Assembly (NCBI GenBank): GCA_010909165.1 | Contig: VJWM01000025.1 | Coordinates: 1,860,001 to 1,924,000, forward strand | Length of the DNA: 64,000 bases | Direction: 5' to 3' | Origin: Anthoceros angustus | Taxonomy: Eukaryota > Plantae > Anthocerotophyta | Shown here: piece after piece, positions 48,367 to 59,370 of the stretch | How positions within the stretch are numbered: position 1 is the first letter of the stretch | How the letters are laid out: every line of letters starts with the position of its first letter | Position numbers and translations under genes: made by a program | The notes under the pieces: model-generated | What the model was told of the DNA's origin: nothing | Seen by the model: the letters and a program-made list of their open reading frames with translations, nothing else | Databases searched by the model: none

Positions 48367-51300
48367 ATGGGCATGCATAGGCCTCTTCTCTTGGAAGCCC
48401 GAGGTATCTCGCTGCCGCATGTTGGATGGGGAGCAAGGGCCAACCCGCACGTGTGCTTGCAGCGCCAAGATTGTGAGACTTCATTGCTGCACCCAGATGT
48501 TCACGTACGGGCTCCTTTCAGATCGGAGATTAGCTGCGAGGATGCCAGTGAGGTACAGAATTTATGCCATGAGGGACGGGTCGACAAGGCACTCACTATC
48601 CTGCTGCGCATGGACAAGCAGGGGAGTGTGCCCTCGGTGCCGATTTATCAGAACTTATTGCAGGCATGCATGAAGAGGAAGGCTTTGGATGATGCCAAGC
48701 GGGTGCAAGCCCATCTGGCTGAACGTGGGCTGGAGTCCAACAGAGTTTTGGGAGACCTGTTGGTCACCACCCTGGTCAAGTGTGGAAGCCTCAGGGATGC
48801 ACTTGATGTGTTTCACAGACTATCGCATCGAAGTGTGTTTTCTTGGACAGCCATCATCTCAGGGTATGGCAATGCTGGACAATGGCGAGAGGCTCTTTCC
48901 TGCTACGAGCAGATGCTGCAGGAAGGTATACAGCCTGATAGATACACGCTTGTCAGCCTGCTGAAAGCATGCAGCAAGCTCCGAAATTTGCAAGAAGGCA
49001 AGCGGCTGCATTCTCATGCTCGTAGACATGGTTTTGAATCTGATATTTATGTTGCCAACACTCTGGTTAGCATGTATGCAAAGTGTGGGAACATCTTGGA
49101 TGCGCAGGAGGTGTTTGATAGGTTGGATCAGCGTGACCTCGTGTCATGGAATGCAATGCTCTCAGCTTACGCACAGCAAGCGCAAGGGAAGCAGACCTTG
49201 CAGCTTTTTAAAGAAATGCAAGAGCATGGTGTCAGAGGAGATGCTTGGACATTTGTCAGTGCTATACAAGCATGTGGTGCTCTGGCAGAGAAAGAGCTAA
49301 GGGACCTTGCTGCGGGGCAACATGTCTGGCTGGAGAGGGGCAAGGGAATACATTCTGAAGCTGCTCGGCTGGGTTATGAATCCGATCCATTTGTTGGCAG
49401 CTCGTTGATTAGTATGTACGGAAAATTGAAGAGAACGGAGGATGCTCGACAAGTTTTTGACAGATTGTCTCACCGCAATGTAGTTTCGTGGAACGCAATC
49501 CTTGCAGCGTATGTACATGATGAGCAAGGAGAAACGGCCTTGCTGATGTTTGAACAAATGCTTGAGCAGGGTATTGAGCCAGATGAGCGAACGTTTGTAA
49601 GTGCCATCCAAGCATGTAGTGCCCTTGCACAACAGTCTGAAAGTGTGGAGCTGGAACTTGGGAAAGTAGAGTTGCTTCGGAAGGGGAAGGAAATACATGT
49701 AGAAGCTGCTGTAAGAGGTTTTGAAGCGGATGTGTTTGTTGCTAATACTCTGGTGACTATGTATGCAAAATGTGGGAGCCTGGCAGATGCACAACATGTG
49801 TTTGATCAATTGTTACATCATAATGGTGCTTCATGGACTGCTATGATTTCGGCATATGCTCATCAGCACCAACCAGACAAGGCTTTGCAGCTCTATCTAG
49901 CAATGCAAGAGGCAAAAGTGACACCAGATCCTCGGACATTTGTGAGCGCCCTCCAAGCATGCAGTACCTTGGCAGAACAGGAGGAAAGAGTACTTGTGCA
50001 TGGGCAAAACGTGACGCTGCAATCGCTCCATAAGGCCATTCAGATACACTCTGATGCGATCCGATGTGGTCATGGATATGACATATTTGTTGGCAGCACC
50101 TTGGTTACTGTGTATGCCAAGTGTGGTTGGGTTGAGGCTGCACAGATGGTGTACAATCAAATGTCTCAACACACCATTGTGTCTATTAATGCCATGATTG
50201 CAGGATTTGCTCACCAGGGACAAGGAGAAAAGGCTCTACGGATCTATGCAGAAATGCCAGATAGCATCAAGGCAGATGCACGCACAATTGTGAGTGCTCT
50301 GCAAGCGTGTGGTGCTCTTGCAGAAAAAGAGGAAAGTTCAAGTGCGTCTGGGCAATATGTCAAATTGGAAGCGCTGCAGAAGTGCAAGGAGATACATGCT
50401 GAGGCTGTGAGGCTGGGCTATGGATCGGATGTGTTTGTTGGTACGGCTTTGGTTAGTACGTACGCAAAATGTGGCAGCATTATCAATGCAGAACAGGAGT
50501 TTGATAGACTGTCTCAACGTGACACGGTCTCCTGGAATTGTATGCTTGCAGGATACGTTGAGCAGGGCCAAGGAGAACGTGCCCTGCAAGTATATGAGCA
50601 AATGCAAGTGCAGCACGTCCACCCAAATGCCCGGACTTTTGTCAGTGCTATTGAAGCATGCAGCATCCTTGCAGAAAAAGAGGGCAGTGCACAAGTGGAT
50701 GGGCAATATGTGAAGTGGGAGTCACTACAGAAGGGCAGAGATATCCACCTGGAAGCCGCTGAACGAGGATTTGAATCAGACTCGTTTCTTTGCTGCACTT
50801 TGATTAATTTGTATGCCAAGTGTGGGAATGTAGTGGAAGCTCGAGATCTGTGTGCCAGAATGCCCCTGCACAACGTTACAGCATGGACTGCCATGATTGC
50901 TGCATATGTGCAGCATGACCACGGTGAGAAGGCCTTGGAGATCTTCTGGCGAATACAAGAGGAAGGTCTCATGGCAAGTTCTCAGACTTTTGTCAGTGCC
51001 CTCCAGGCTTGTAGCTCTCTTGCAGGACAGGAGGAAAGTGCCTTGGTGAATGGTCAAAATGTGAAAGTGGAGTCCCTATGCAAAGGGAAGCAAGTACATG
51101 CTGTGGCTGCTGCTGCTGGTTTTAATGCAAATGTTTTCATCGGCAGCAGTCTGGTTAACATGTACGCAAAATGTGGAAGCATCATGGACGCTCGTAATGT
51201 TTTTGACCAGCTATCTGATCGCAATATCGTGGGATGGAACGCGATGATTGCGGCATATTCTCAGCAGGACCAGGGCGAGGAAGCATTGCAGATCTATGGG

Positions 51301-52545
51301 CAAATGCAACAGCGAGGCATCAAGGCTGAGGCTCGTACCTTTGTCAGTGCATTACAGGCGTGTAGCACTCTGGCAGAAAAGGAGGAAAGCATACTTGTCG
51401 ACGGAGAGAAAGTGAAAGCGAACGCACTGCGAAAAGGGAAGGAAATACATGCTGAGGCTGCTGGGAGTGCCTCCCAGTCAAACATGTTTGTGGCGAACAC
51501 GTTGGTCACTCTGTATGCGAAGTGTGGCAGTGTGTATGATGCTCGCCTCATTTTTGACAGCCTACGTCAACGCGATGTGGTATCGTGGAATTCAATGATT
51601 GCAGCGTACGCCACTCATGACCAAGGAGAGAAGGCTTTACAACTGTATGCCCAGATGCAAGTGGAAGGTATGAAGTTGCAGGAAACTACTGCTCTCTGTG
51701 TACTAGATGCTTGCAGCAACACAGGAGCCTTGAATTCCTGTGTGCAAATCCACAAGCGCATTGTAGAGAGTGGCTTTGAGTGTCATCTTTTTGTGGCAAG
51801 CAGTTTAATCCACGCTTACGGCAAATGTGGGAGCATGCTGGATGCTCAGTACGTATTTGACTTGCTTCCTCAGCCTGACCTTGTGGCTAGGAATGCACTG
51901 ATTGCTGGGTATGCCCGACAAGGAGATTGTGACATGAGTATGCAATGCTATGAAGAAATGTGTCTGGCAGGTGAGAAGCCAGATAGGGTGACATTCCTGG
52001 CACTCCTCTCCTCCTGCAGTCATGCTGGTATGGTTGATCGGGGACTGGAGTGCTTTGAATCGATGACTAGATACCATGGGATCACAGCAGATGTCGAGCA
52101 CTATGCTTGCGTCCTTGATCTTGTTGGCCGTGCAGGCTTGTTTCGCAAGGCAGAGGATCTGCTTTCAACAATGCCCATGCAGCCGGATCTGCCAATATGG
52201 TTGACACTGCTCGGTGCCTGTCAGAAACACGGCAACGTAGCACTGGGAAGACGCTCCTTTGAACGGGCTGTGAGTTTGGATGCAGAACAATCTGCTGCTT
52301 ACATGCTCATGTCAAACATATATGCAGATGCTGGCATGTGGGACTGTGCCAACGAAATAGACGAGTTGAGAGGAAAAGCATGTGCAAGGAAAAAACCTGG
52401 TCAGACCTGGATTGAGCACGAAAAGTTGGTGCACACTTTTCTGGTGGAAGACCACAAACATCCACAGGCATCTGCGATATTCGCTTTGCTGACAACTTTA
52501 AGTGCAAAGCTCAAGTCTTCGTGTGAGGAATGTCTGCACATTTGA
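48367..52545 (+). CDS. PLS-class PPR protein with long-L motifs, E/E+ end, no DYW deaminase
   Basis: Single 1392-aa ORF; repeats SW(N/T)AMI..Y / TFVSALQACS...IH / LV.MYAKCG; ends KKPGQTWIEHEKLVHTF..DHKHPQ. Confidence 0.95.
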   Translation: MGMHRPLLLEARGISLPHVGWGARANPHVCLQRQDCETSLLHPDVHVRAPFRSEISCEDASEVQNLCHEGRVDKALTILLRMDKQGSVPSVPIYQNLLQACMKRKALDDAKRVQAHLAERGLESNRVLGDLLVTTLVKCGSLRDALDVFHRLSHRSVFSWTAIISGYGNAGQWREALSCYEQMLQEGIQPDRYTLVSLLKACSKLRNLQEGKRLHSHARRHGFESDIYVANTLVSMYAKCGNILDAQEVFDRLDQRDLVSWNAMLSAYAQQAQGKQTLQLFKEMQEHGVRGDAWTFVSAIQACGALAEKELRDLAAGQHVWLERGKGIHSEAARLGYESDPFVGSSLISMYGKLKRTEDARQVFDRLSHRNVVSWNAILAAYVHDEQGETALLMFEQMLEQGIEPDERTFVSAIQACSALAQQSESVELELGKVELLRKGKEIHVEAAVRGFEADVFVANTLVTMYAKCGSLADAQHVFDQLLHHNGASWTAMISAYAHQHQPDKALQLYLAMQEAKVTPDPRTFVSALQACSTLAEQEERVLVHGQNVTLQSLHKAIQIHSDAIRCGHGYDIFVGSTLVTVYAKCGWVEAAQMVYNQMSQHTIVSINAMIAGFAHQGQGEKALRIYAEMPDSIKADARTIVSALQACGALAEKEESSSASGQYVKLEALQKCKEIHAEAVRLGYGSDVFVGTALVSTYAKCGSIINAEQEFDRLSQRDTVSWNCMLAGYVEQGQGERALQVYEQMQVQHVHPNARTFVSAIEACSILAEKEGSAQVDGQYVKWESLQKGRDIHLEAAERGFESDSFLCCTLINLYAKCGNVVEARDLCARMPLHNVTAWTAMIAAYVQHDHGEKALEIFWRIQEEGLMASSQTFVSALQACSSLAGQEESALVNGQNVKVESLCKGKQVHAVAAAAGFNANVFIGSSLVNMYAKCGSIMDARNVFDQLSDRNIVGWNAMIAAYSQQDQGEEALQIYGQMQQRGIKAEARTFVSALQACSTLAEKEESILVDGEKVKANALRKGKEIHAEAAGSASQSNMFVANTLVTLYAKCGSVYDARLIFDSLRQRDVVSWNSMIAAYATHDQGEKALQLYAQMQVEGMKLQETTALCVLDACSNTGALNSCVQIHKRIVESGFECHLFVASSLIHAYGKCGSMLDAQYVFDLLPQPDLVARNALIAGYARQGDCDMSMQCYEEMCLAGEKPDRVTFLALLSSCSHAGMVDRGLECFESMTRYHGITADVEHYACVLDLVGRAGLFRKAEDLLSTMPMQPDLPIWLTLLGACQKHGNVALGRRSFERAVSLDAEQSAAYMLMSNIYADAGMWDCANEIDELRGKACARKKPGQTWIEHEKLVHTFLVEDHKHPQASAIFALLTTLSAKLKSSCEECLHI

Positions 52546-53419
52546 CACACTCATGGAGGTCTGGAGGCAAGCGCTGTCCGCAACGGACATACCTTTTGTA
52601 AAATTGTCCCATTTTCACCCAATGCGTCGATCAACTCTGGTGGGTATTTGACTGCAGCCTGCGAATCCAATAAGAATGTTTTAGACAGCAACGTCGAAGG
52701 AGAATGCACGAGACTGACTACCTACTGAACATGGGGTCCGGTTATGTCAGCTGCTCGTCGTGTCGCAGTAAAAAATGTGGGTACTTGGTTGCAAACCTCG
52801 ATGCCACAGAGATATATCAGTCACTTGCAGTCTCAACCAGAGACCAACATGTGGGTATATATCTGGTTGCAAGCTTCTATGCCCACTGAGCTGATCACTA
52901 GCAATTTCAACCATAGACCAAGTAAGCTAATTATCACTCGTAATCTCAACCACAGACCAACAGCAGATTGCAGGGTGAAGATTGGAATTGGACTTTGCAC
53001 TTACCACCTTCCGTTCACTCGGTGGGTATCATCTTGCTTCACTGATTGCGAGGAAGATCCTCCTCCATTCCTCGACGGATGGCCCAGCATGCTTGGGTAG
53101 CTGCGGATGGAAGCTCCAGCTGCATCGCCGTCCTGACCGATTTCCAGCCACGTCCGTACACTTCAGAAACTGACCAACGACAATGAGCTCAATCTCGCAA
53201 CAAACGCAATCTGAATTTCTGATCAAATCACATGCCTGCAAGTATCCTACACATTGCTGAGCTGCTAAACAACCATGGACTTACGATGAACATGGGGAAC
53301 TAACCCACAACATTTCCTGCTGTTGAAGCTGTTGGCGATTCGAAAGATCTACATGTCGAAAGTTGTTCGTCGGCTTGCACGTCCTGCAACAACTTGAGAA
53401 TGTGTGTCACAAGGTCCAC

Positions 53420-56400
53420 TTAAGTCTCTTTGTTTCGACCAGAAGATGCCCTAACTTCACATATATATCTTGCTTGGACTTCATGATGTTTTTGATCCCC
53501 AACAACGAATACATGTGCATTTCCACTCAAGTCCATCCACCAGCTGCGTCCTGGTTCCTTCCGAGCTTGTGACTGTACTCTCATTTCCTGAACCTTCTTT
53601 GCCTCCTGCGGAATGTGAGCAGCGGCATAGATATTTGACATCAAAACGTATGCTGCAGCGTCACTTTTGTCCAGCCTCACCGCGAATTCGAATGCCTGCC
53701 TCCCAAGCTCCACATTGCCCCACTTTCGACAAGCAGCCAAAAGGCATTTCCACACTCCACTGTCAGGTTGTATAGGCATCGTCTTCACCATGTCCATTGC
53801 ATCATGGATTCGGCCTGCACGGCCAAGAAGATCAACCATGCAATTGTAGTGCTGCATCGTTGGGGTAATGCTATACTCCCTGCTCATGGCCTGAAACAAT
53901 GCCTGGCCCCTGTCTACTAAACCAACATGACTGCATGCAATGAGAAGACCAACAAATGTTACGTCGTTTGGCTGCAAGCCTTCCTTCTCCATCCTCCTGA
54001 ACAGGTCAAAGACAAGATCACCCTCCCCTTGACGGGCATATCCCCCAAGCAAGGCATTCCATGCCGCAATATCTTTACTGGGCAATCTATCGAACACTTG
54101 CTGTGCATCCACCATGCTTGAACATTTGCCATACATATCAATGAGACTGTTGGGTATAAATGAGCCAAGCTCTAAGCCAGCCTTCAAAATCTGGCCGTGA
54201 ATCTCTCTCCCTTTCTCCAGACCGGCTACGTTACTGCAGGCGTTGAGTGCACCAACATAGGTTCGCTCGTTTGGGCTGATACCCTCCTGCTGCATTCGTG
54301 TGAACAACTGCAAAGCCTCTTCACCCTTGTCCATTTGGGCATACCCCAAGATCATGGAATTCCAAGAAACCACGTCACGCCTGGGCACTTTCTCAAACAT
54401 CTCCCTGGCATCTTCCAGACTCCCACACTTTGCATACGCATCAACTAGCACGTTCCCTACAAACAGATTCAACTCAACCTTCCCCTTTTTGACATCGGCA
54501 TGGATGGATCTCACAGATTCCAGGCACTGCATTCTAACCCTTATCACATCACCACCATTTCTCTCCGCTGACTCTACAATGGCAGTGCAAGCTTTTATTG
54601 CACCAACGTATGTTCGATCATTTGGGACTACACCCTCCTCTTGCATCCGTGCATACAATTGCAAGGCCTCCTCACCCTTCGCCATCATGGCATACCCCAA
54701 GACCATGGAGTTCCATGAAACCACAGAACGAACAGGCATATCTTCAAACACCTTCCTGGCATCCTCCAGGCTCCCACATTTCGAGTAAGCATCTACTAGC
54801 TTATTCGCCACAAACAAGTTCCCTTCAAAGTTCCCCTTGACAACATTGGCATGGATGTCTCTCACAGTTCTGAGGTACTGTACTTTGTCCCCGTCATCCT
54901 TGTTTCCTTCTTCTCTTAATTCTCCAATGGTACTGCAGGCCTTTAGTGCGGCAACATACGTTCTACTATTTGGCAACACACCGTCCTCGTGCATCTGTGC
55001 ATACAATCGTAGAGCCTCTTCACCCTCCTCCATCTCAGCATACCCCAAGATCATGGCAGTCCATGAAACCACATCCCGAACAGGAAGTTTCTCAAACACG
55101 TGCCTAGCATTCTCCAGGTTCCCACACTTTGCATACGCATCCACGAGCATTGTCCCCAAAAATCTATCCAACGACTTCCCCCCCTGTCCAATACCTGCAT
55201 GGATGGTTCTAACAACTTCCAGGCATCGCTCTTTCCCACGGATTCCATGACCAACATTGATGTCAGCCAGTTCTGCAACAATACTACAAGCTTTAAGCAC
55301 AAGAATATGTGTTTGGTCGTTTGGAACCACACCATCCTGCCTCATCTGTGTGTACAACTGCAAAGCCTCTTCAGCCTTCTCCATCTGGGAGTGCCCCGAG
55401 ATGATGGAATTCCACGAACCAACATCACGACGAGGCATTTCGTCGAAGACCCGCCGAGCGTCCTCCAGGCTCCCACATTTTGCGTAAGCATCTACAAGCA
55501 TGTTCCCCACAAACAAACTTGATGCAAGGTTCCCACCCCGAACATCTGTGTGTATGGCTCTCACAGTTTCCAAACACTGTCTGCTAACAGCTATCACGTC
55601 ACCACCATTTCTCTGCCCCGATTCTGCAATGGCAATACAAGCCGTAAGCGCACCAACACACGCTCGCTCATCGGGAATCACACCTTCCAGCCGCATTTCC
55701 CTGAACATATGCAAAGCATCTTCAGCCCTACCCATCTGAGCGCACCCAAATATCATGGCAGTCCAGGAAACTACAGTATGAACAGGCATACTCTCGAAGA
55801 CCCGTCTAGCATCCTCCAAGCTTCCACATTTTGAGTACGCATCCACCAACGTGTTCCCCACAAACACATTTGACTCACACTTCCCCTTCCTCACATCCGC
55901 GTGGATGGCTCTCACAGTGTCCAGGCATTGTCCTTTCACAACACAGTCATCACCATCCACCGCTCCTAAAATAGAAGTGCAAGCTTTAAGTGCACCCACG
56001 TACACCCGGTCATTAGGGACCACGCCTTCCTGGTGCATGCGTCTATACAATTGCAAGGCCGCTTCACCCTTTTCCATCTGTGCGTAACCCGAAATCATGG
56101 AGTTCCAAGAGACCACATCCCGGTGAGGCATTTCCTCAAACACCCTCCTGGCATTTTCCAAGCTCCCACATTTTGCATAAGCGTTCACAAGCATGGTTCC
56201 CACATAGAGATCAGTCTCCAAGCCATTCCGAACCACTTCTGCGTGAATATACTTGGCAGTATTCAGGTCCTGCAGGCTACTGCATGCCTTCAAGAGAAGA
56301 ACAAAGGTGTGTTGCCCTGGTTCGACTCCATGCTCCCGCATGTCCTGATACAGCTTGAGAGCCTGCCTACCGTGCCCAGACTTGCTTTGCTGCGATATCA

Positions 56401-56671
56401 ATGCCGTCCACGACATCTCCCCCCCCTGGTGTCTGAACTGCCCATCACAGCTGGAGCTACTTGTCGAGCTGCCCTTGCCAAATAATGCCTTCTCCCCCAG
56501 AGGATTTGTCACACAATTCTGCACCTTTGCGCCCGCAATGTTCAATCTGATGACTCCCACAGGACATTCTAACCCAAAGAAGCCGGGGGAGACTCTGTGA
56601 GAGCTGGACATATCCCCACGGAGGTCAGAGCAAGCCACATAGCAGTCCAAATTTCCCGCAAAGGGACTCAT
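53420..56671 (-). CDS. PLS-class PPR protein with long-L motifs, E+ end with WW-type PG box, no DYW deaminase
   Basis: Intronless PPR array; ends KEPGRSWWMDLSGNAHVFVVGDQKH; first ATG at 56671 (track start 56827 is TTG). Confidence 0.92.
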   Translation of the reverse strand: MSPFAGNLDCYVACSDLRGDMSSSHRVSPGFFGLECPVGVIRLNIAGAKVQNCVTNPLGEKALFGKGSSTSSSSCDGQFRHQGGEMSWTALISQQSKSGHGRQALKLYQDMREHGVEPGQHTFVLLLKACSSLQDLNTAKYIHAEVVRNGLETDLYVGTMLVNAYAKCGSLENARRVFEEMPHRDVVSWNSMISGYAQMEKGEAALQLYRRMHQEGVVPNDRVYVGALKACTSILGAVDGDDCVVKGQCLDTVRAIHADVRKGKCESNVFVGNTLVDAYSKCGSLEDARRVFESMPVHTVVSWTAMIFGCAQMGRAEDALHMFREMRLEGVIPDERACVGALTACIAIAESGQRNGGDVIAVSRQCLETVRAIHTDVRGGNLASSLFVGNMLVDAYAKCGSLEDARRVFDEMPRRDVGSWNSIISGHSQMEKAEEALQLYTQMRQDGVVPNDQTHILVLKACSIVAELADINVGHGIRGKERCLEVVRTIHAGIGQGGKSLDRFLGTMLVDAYAKCGNLENARHVFEKLPVRDVVSWTAMILGYAEMEEGEEALRLYAQMHEDGVLPNSRTYVAALKACSTIGELREEGNKDDGDKVQYLRTVRDIHANVVKGNFEGNLFVANKLVDAYSKCGSLEDARKVFEDMPVRSVVSWNSMVLGYAMMAKGEEALQLYARMQEEGVVPNDRTYVGAIKACTAIVESAERNGGDVIRVRMQCLESVRSIHADVKKGKVELNLFVGNVLVDAYAKCGSLEDAREMFEKVPRRDVVSWNSMILGYAQMDKGEEALQLFTRMQQEGISPNERTYVGALNACSNVAGLEKGREIHGQILKAGLELGSFIPNSLIDMYGKCSSMVDAQQVFDRLPSKDIAAWNALLGGYARQGEGDLVFDLFRRMEKEGLQPNDVTFVGLLIACSHVGLVDRGQALFQAMSREYSITPTMQHYNCMVDLLGRAGRIHDAMDMVKTMPIQPDSGVWKCLLAACRKWGNVELGRQAFEFAVRLDKSDAAAYVLMSNIYAAAHIPQEAKKVQEMRVQSQARKEPGRSWWMDLSGNAHVFVVGDQKHHEVQARYICEVRASSGRNKET

Positions 56672-56820
56672 TGCTTGAACGATTTTCCAGTCACCTCCAT
56701 CGCTGTTGGTCGTAGCTCCAAATTCCCGAGTGGTTTCAGAAAGCGAGAACTGAGAGACTTTGTGTAGAAAGAAAAAAGATGAAAAAACACCATCAAAACA
56801 ACAACCCAACAAAAGGCACG

Positions 56821-57544
56821 TGGCCAATATGGAATACCGATCTCGTCAGGAAGCCCTTTAGGGTTTTTTTCCATTGTGACCAAAGAAGTTTTCCGGCCGC
56901 ATACGGCGGGAAAACTTCTGGTGCCACACACTTGACGACATCGGTCGTCGGCGCCTGCCCCTCGTGTCCCGATCTCGTCACTAAGCATGTGGTGTCTGTG
57001 TCAGGAATCTTTTGTGGTTGTGACACACAATGTTTTCGTTTTAGGGCTGTGAGGGCATGGGCCATCGGACATCCATTCGCATGACCCCATCTGCCCGTCA
57101 GTTTGCCATCACGAAACCGTCACCAGGGCTTTATGGGAGATAGCGTGGAGGAGGGCACAAGGGCCTGTATGCCTGCCTTTCGCAGGCATACAGGCCCTTC
57201 TGCCTGATAGCGTGCAGGCGCCATGTACGCCTCGCGCGCCTGGCTATCGCAGCCATCCAGGCGTCGTGCGCACAAGGGTGGTGGGAAAACCTAAACATGA
57301 GTATGTGTGCGTGCCAAACATAAACCCTAAATGGCAGAAAGAAAAGTGGATGACAAGATCGGAACACCAGGGCCAAGTTCCGAGACAAAAACTTTGTGCC
57401 GCCTACGGCCCGTCGTCCGGTGATGTGGCGCGTATGTGAGGAAGGCATCTTGAAGATGCCTGCGCATCTTCCTGTAGAATACCGGAAGAAAAAAACCTGT
57501 CACACACACCCGGCTTAGTGACGAGATCGGTATTCCATAGGCCA
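56821..57544. mobile_element. Non-autonomous TIR element (MITE-like) upstream of PPR gene
   Basis: ~35-bp imperfect TIR TGGCC..TATGGAATACCGATCTCGTCA at 56821 and reverse complement ending 57544; extra internal CCGATCTCGTCACTAAGC near 56967; no clear TSD. Confidence 0.6.
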
Positions 57545-57589
57545 AGGAGGACTAACTCCCACGGTGGCTTTTTTTTCAAAACTACCTCC

Positions 57590-58050
57590 CCCTATATAAG
57601 AATCTCGTGATCGGTAATAAGAAAGAGTTTACCGACCACCGTCGCCCAAGAAGCCGTATGCCCTGTGCTAGTCACCGGCGTGTACACCGCATTCGCCAAC
57701 GCCTTCCGTAGGGCAATGGACACCCGCTGCCTAAGAAAAACACAATACAAGAAAGGGAGAAGCCAACCTTATTCATACGATCGTGGTAAGCCTGAGCATA
57801 GGCCTTGCGGAACTTCGAGAAATCCGACCCATGGCCCCATGAGTCTCGATGGCGAGGGGGATAAAAGTGTGGTCGTTCTGCATAGGAGAGTACTTGTAGA
57901 CCTCGGCTGTCGTGCAGCCTTCCGCCGCCCAACCCGGGGTTGAGGATAACGAACTCACAAACACTGTCCCGGGTGAGGTCCGTTACAACCAAACCAGCGA
58001 TAGAAACCTGGTCAAGAAAAGGTCAGTCCCTGAGAGACACATTGTTGAGC
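57590..58050 (-). mobile_element. CRE-like non-LTR retrotransposon 3' remnant (RLE domain)
   Basis: PGWAA..YKY..HTFIPLAIETHGAMG and RQRVSIALRKALANAVY; A-run near 57570. Confidence 0.7.
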
Positions 58051-58945
58051 AAGGTGTAGGGACGCTTCCTATAGGGGAAAAAACTGCCCTCCTTGGCCAC
58101 CAAGAATTTGACGTCTCCAAACTATTTCTTACCAAAAAAATCGGACCTGTTCCAAAACAAACCAACTTAAACCAGTGGCCCAAACTTTTGCGTTCCACAC
58201 TCCCGCACTTATGTTGGTAGGTTGAGTCCCTCCTTGCGATTTTTCCTTCCCTCCTGGGGAGACAACCTCCTCCTTCACATCTCCTGCAGGGGCTGAGGTA
58301 CTCGCCTCCCCGCCGTTGCACTCCCTTCAGTAGCCCTTCCAACCACTGCCGGTAGGTAAGCTCTCTGCTGATGTAGACATCCTTTTCCTCGTCCTTCCGG
58401 GACGGGCTCTCCTTCCAGCTCCACTTGCTCCCCTTTGTTGTAAGGCCCTTCATCTTTAGTTCCTTCGGAGTCCATGTCGCTTGTGGCGTCCTCAAAGTCT
58501 AAGGCCCTTGGCTTGATTTGCATTAGGACCTCCCTGTCATCATCATGTAGCCCCAGCGTTCTTCTCTTGGCAAGGCGCAATAACTCGTTATTCGCCTTAA
58601 GTATCTTGTTGTGAAGATGGGCTGGTAAGCGTTGTTGTGCCAACTCCAATTCGTCATGATCCTCGGCCAGCGATGCACTGCCCGCCAACGGGACAACGGG
58701 CCACAAATTCACAGCCCCCGGAGTAGCAATACCAAACTAGTGGGGACTGAGATGGGCTCGAAACTGCTCCCGAAGCTGGAAGGCAATACTACGGCCAAGA
58801 AGCCGCAGGAACGCTCCCTGACAGCAATAGGGTGCACCATCGGTGTGAGCTTCTCCATCGCCAACAACCTGCTCGCACCCAACACTTGAAAATTCACGGA
58901 GGAGTCTCCCCCCTCGCCACAGCGAAAGTGTTTCAGAAAGCTCAT
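58050..58945 (-). pseudogene. Unassigned degraded ORF(s), possibly retroelement ORF1-like
   Basis: Overlapping minus-strand ORFs 58709..58945, 58275..58712, 57983..58495 (Cys-rich CRRC..C stretch); no firm domain recognised. Confidence 0.25.
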
Positions 58946-59370
58946 TTCAGGATGCCTGCAGCACTACATCGATAAGACGAAATGCAATTTGTGTTGTATA
59001 TAATTATCTAACATTACATGACCTTTGCTACCTACATCTATTTACTTAATTTAGGACTAGGATATTTATTTATTTATTACATTTACGTACACTAACGATT
59101 AGGATGCATGAATCAACAAGTGACTACGGCCCAAAGAACGAAACATGATACCTAATAAATAACTGATTTTCACTCTTATCTTTTTGGATAAATTTATAAA
59201 AACTATAAATAATATGTACAATGAAGTTCAAGTAACCATTTTAGTTCTACTTCTTAATTTTTCATTGGGTCTCTAAAACTCATTGTTAGCAATAGGTAAT
59301 CCATATTTTTATAGGAGGCGTTTATTTACCTTCGTGCTTGACCTACAACCCGTAAAATCCAATTATATGA

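Noticed and set aside
56672-56827. ORF-track start of the second PPR at 56827
   Set aside because: It is a TTG inside the TIR element; first ATG is 56671
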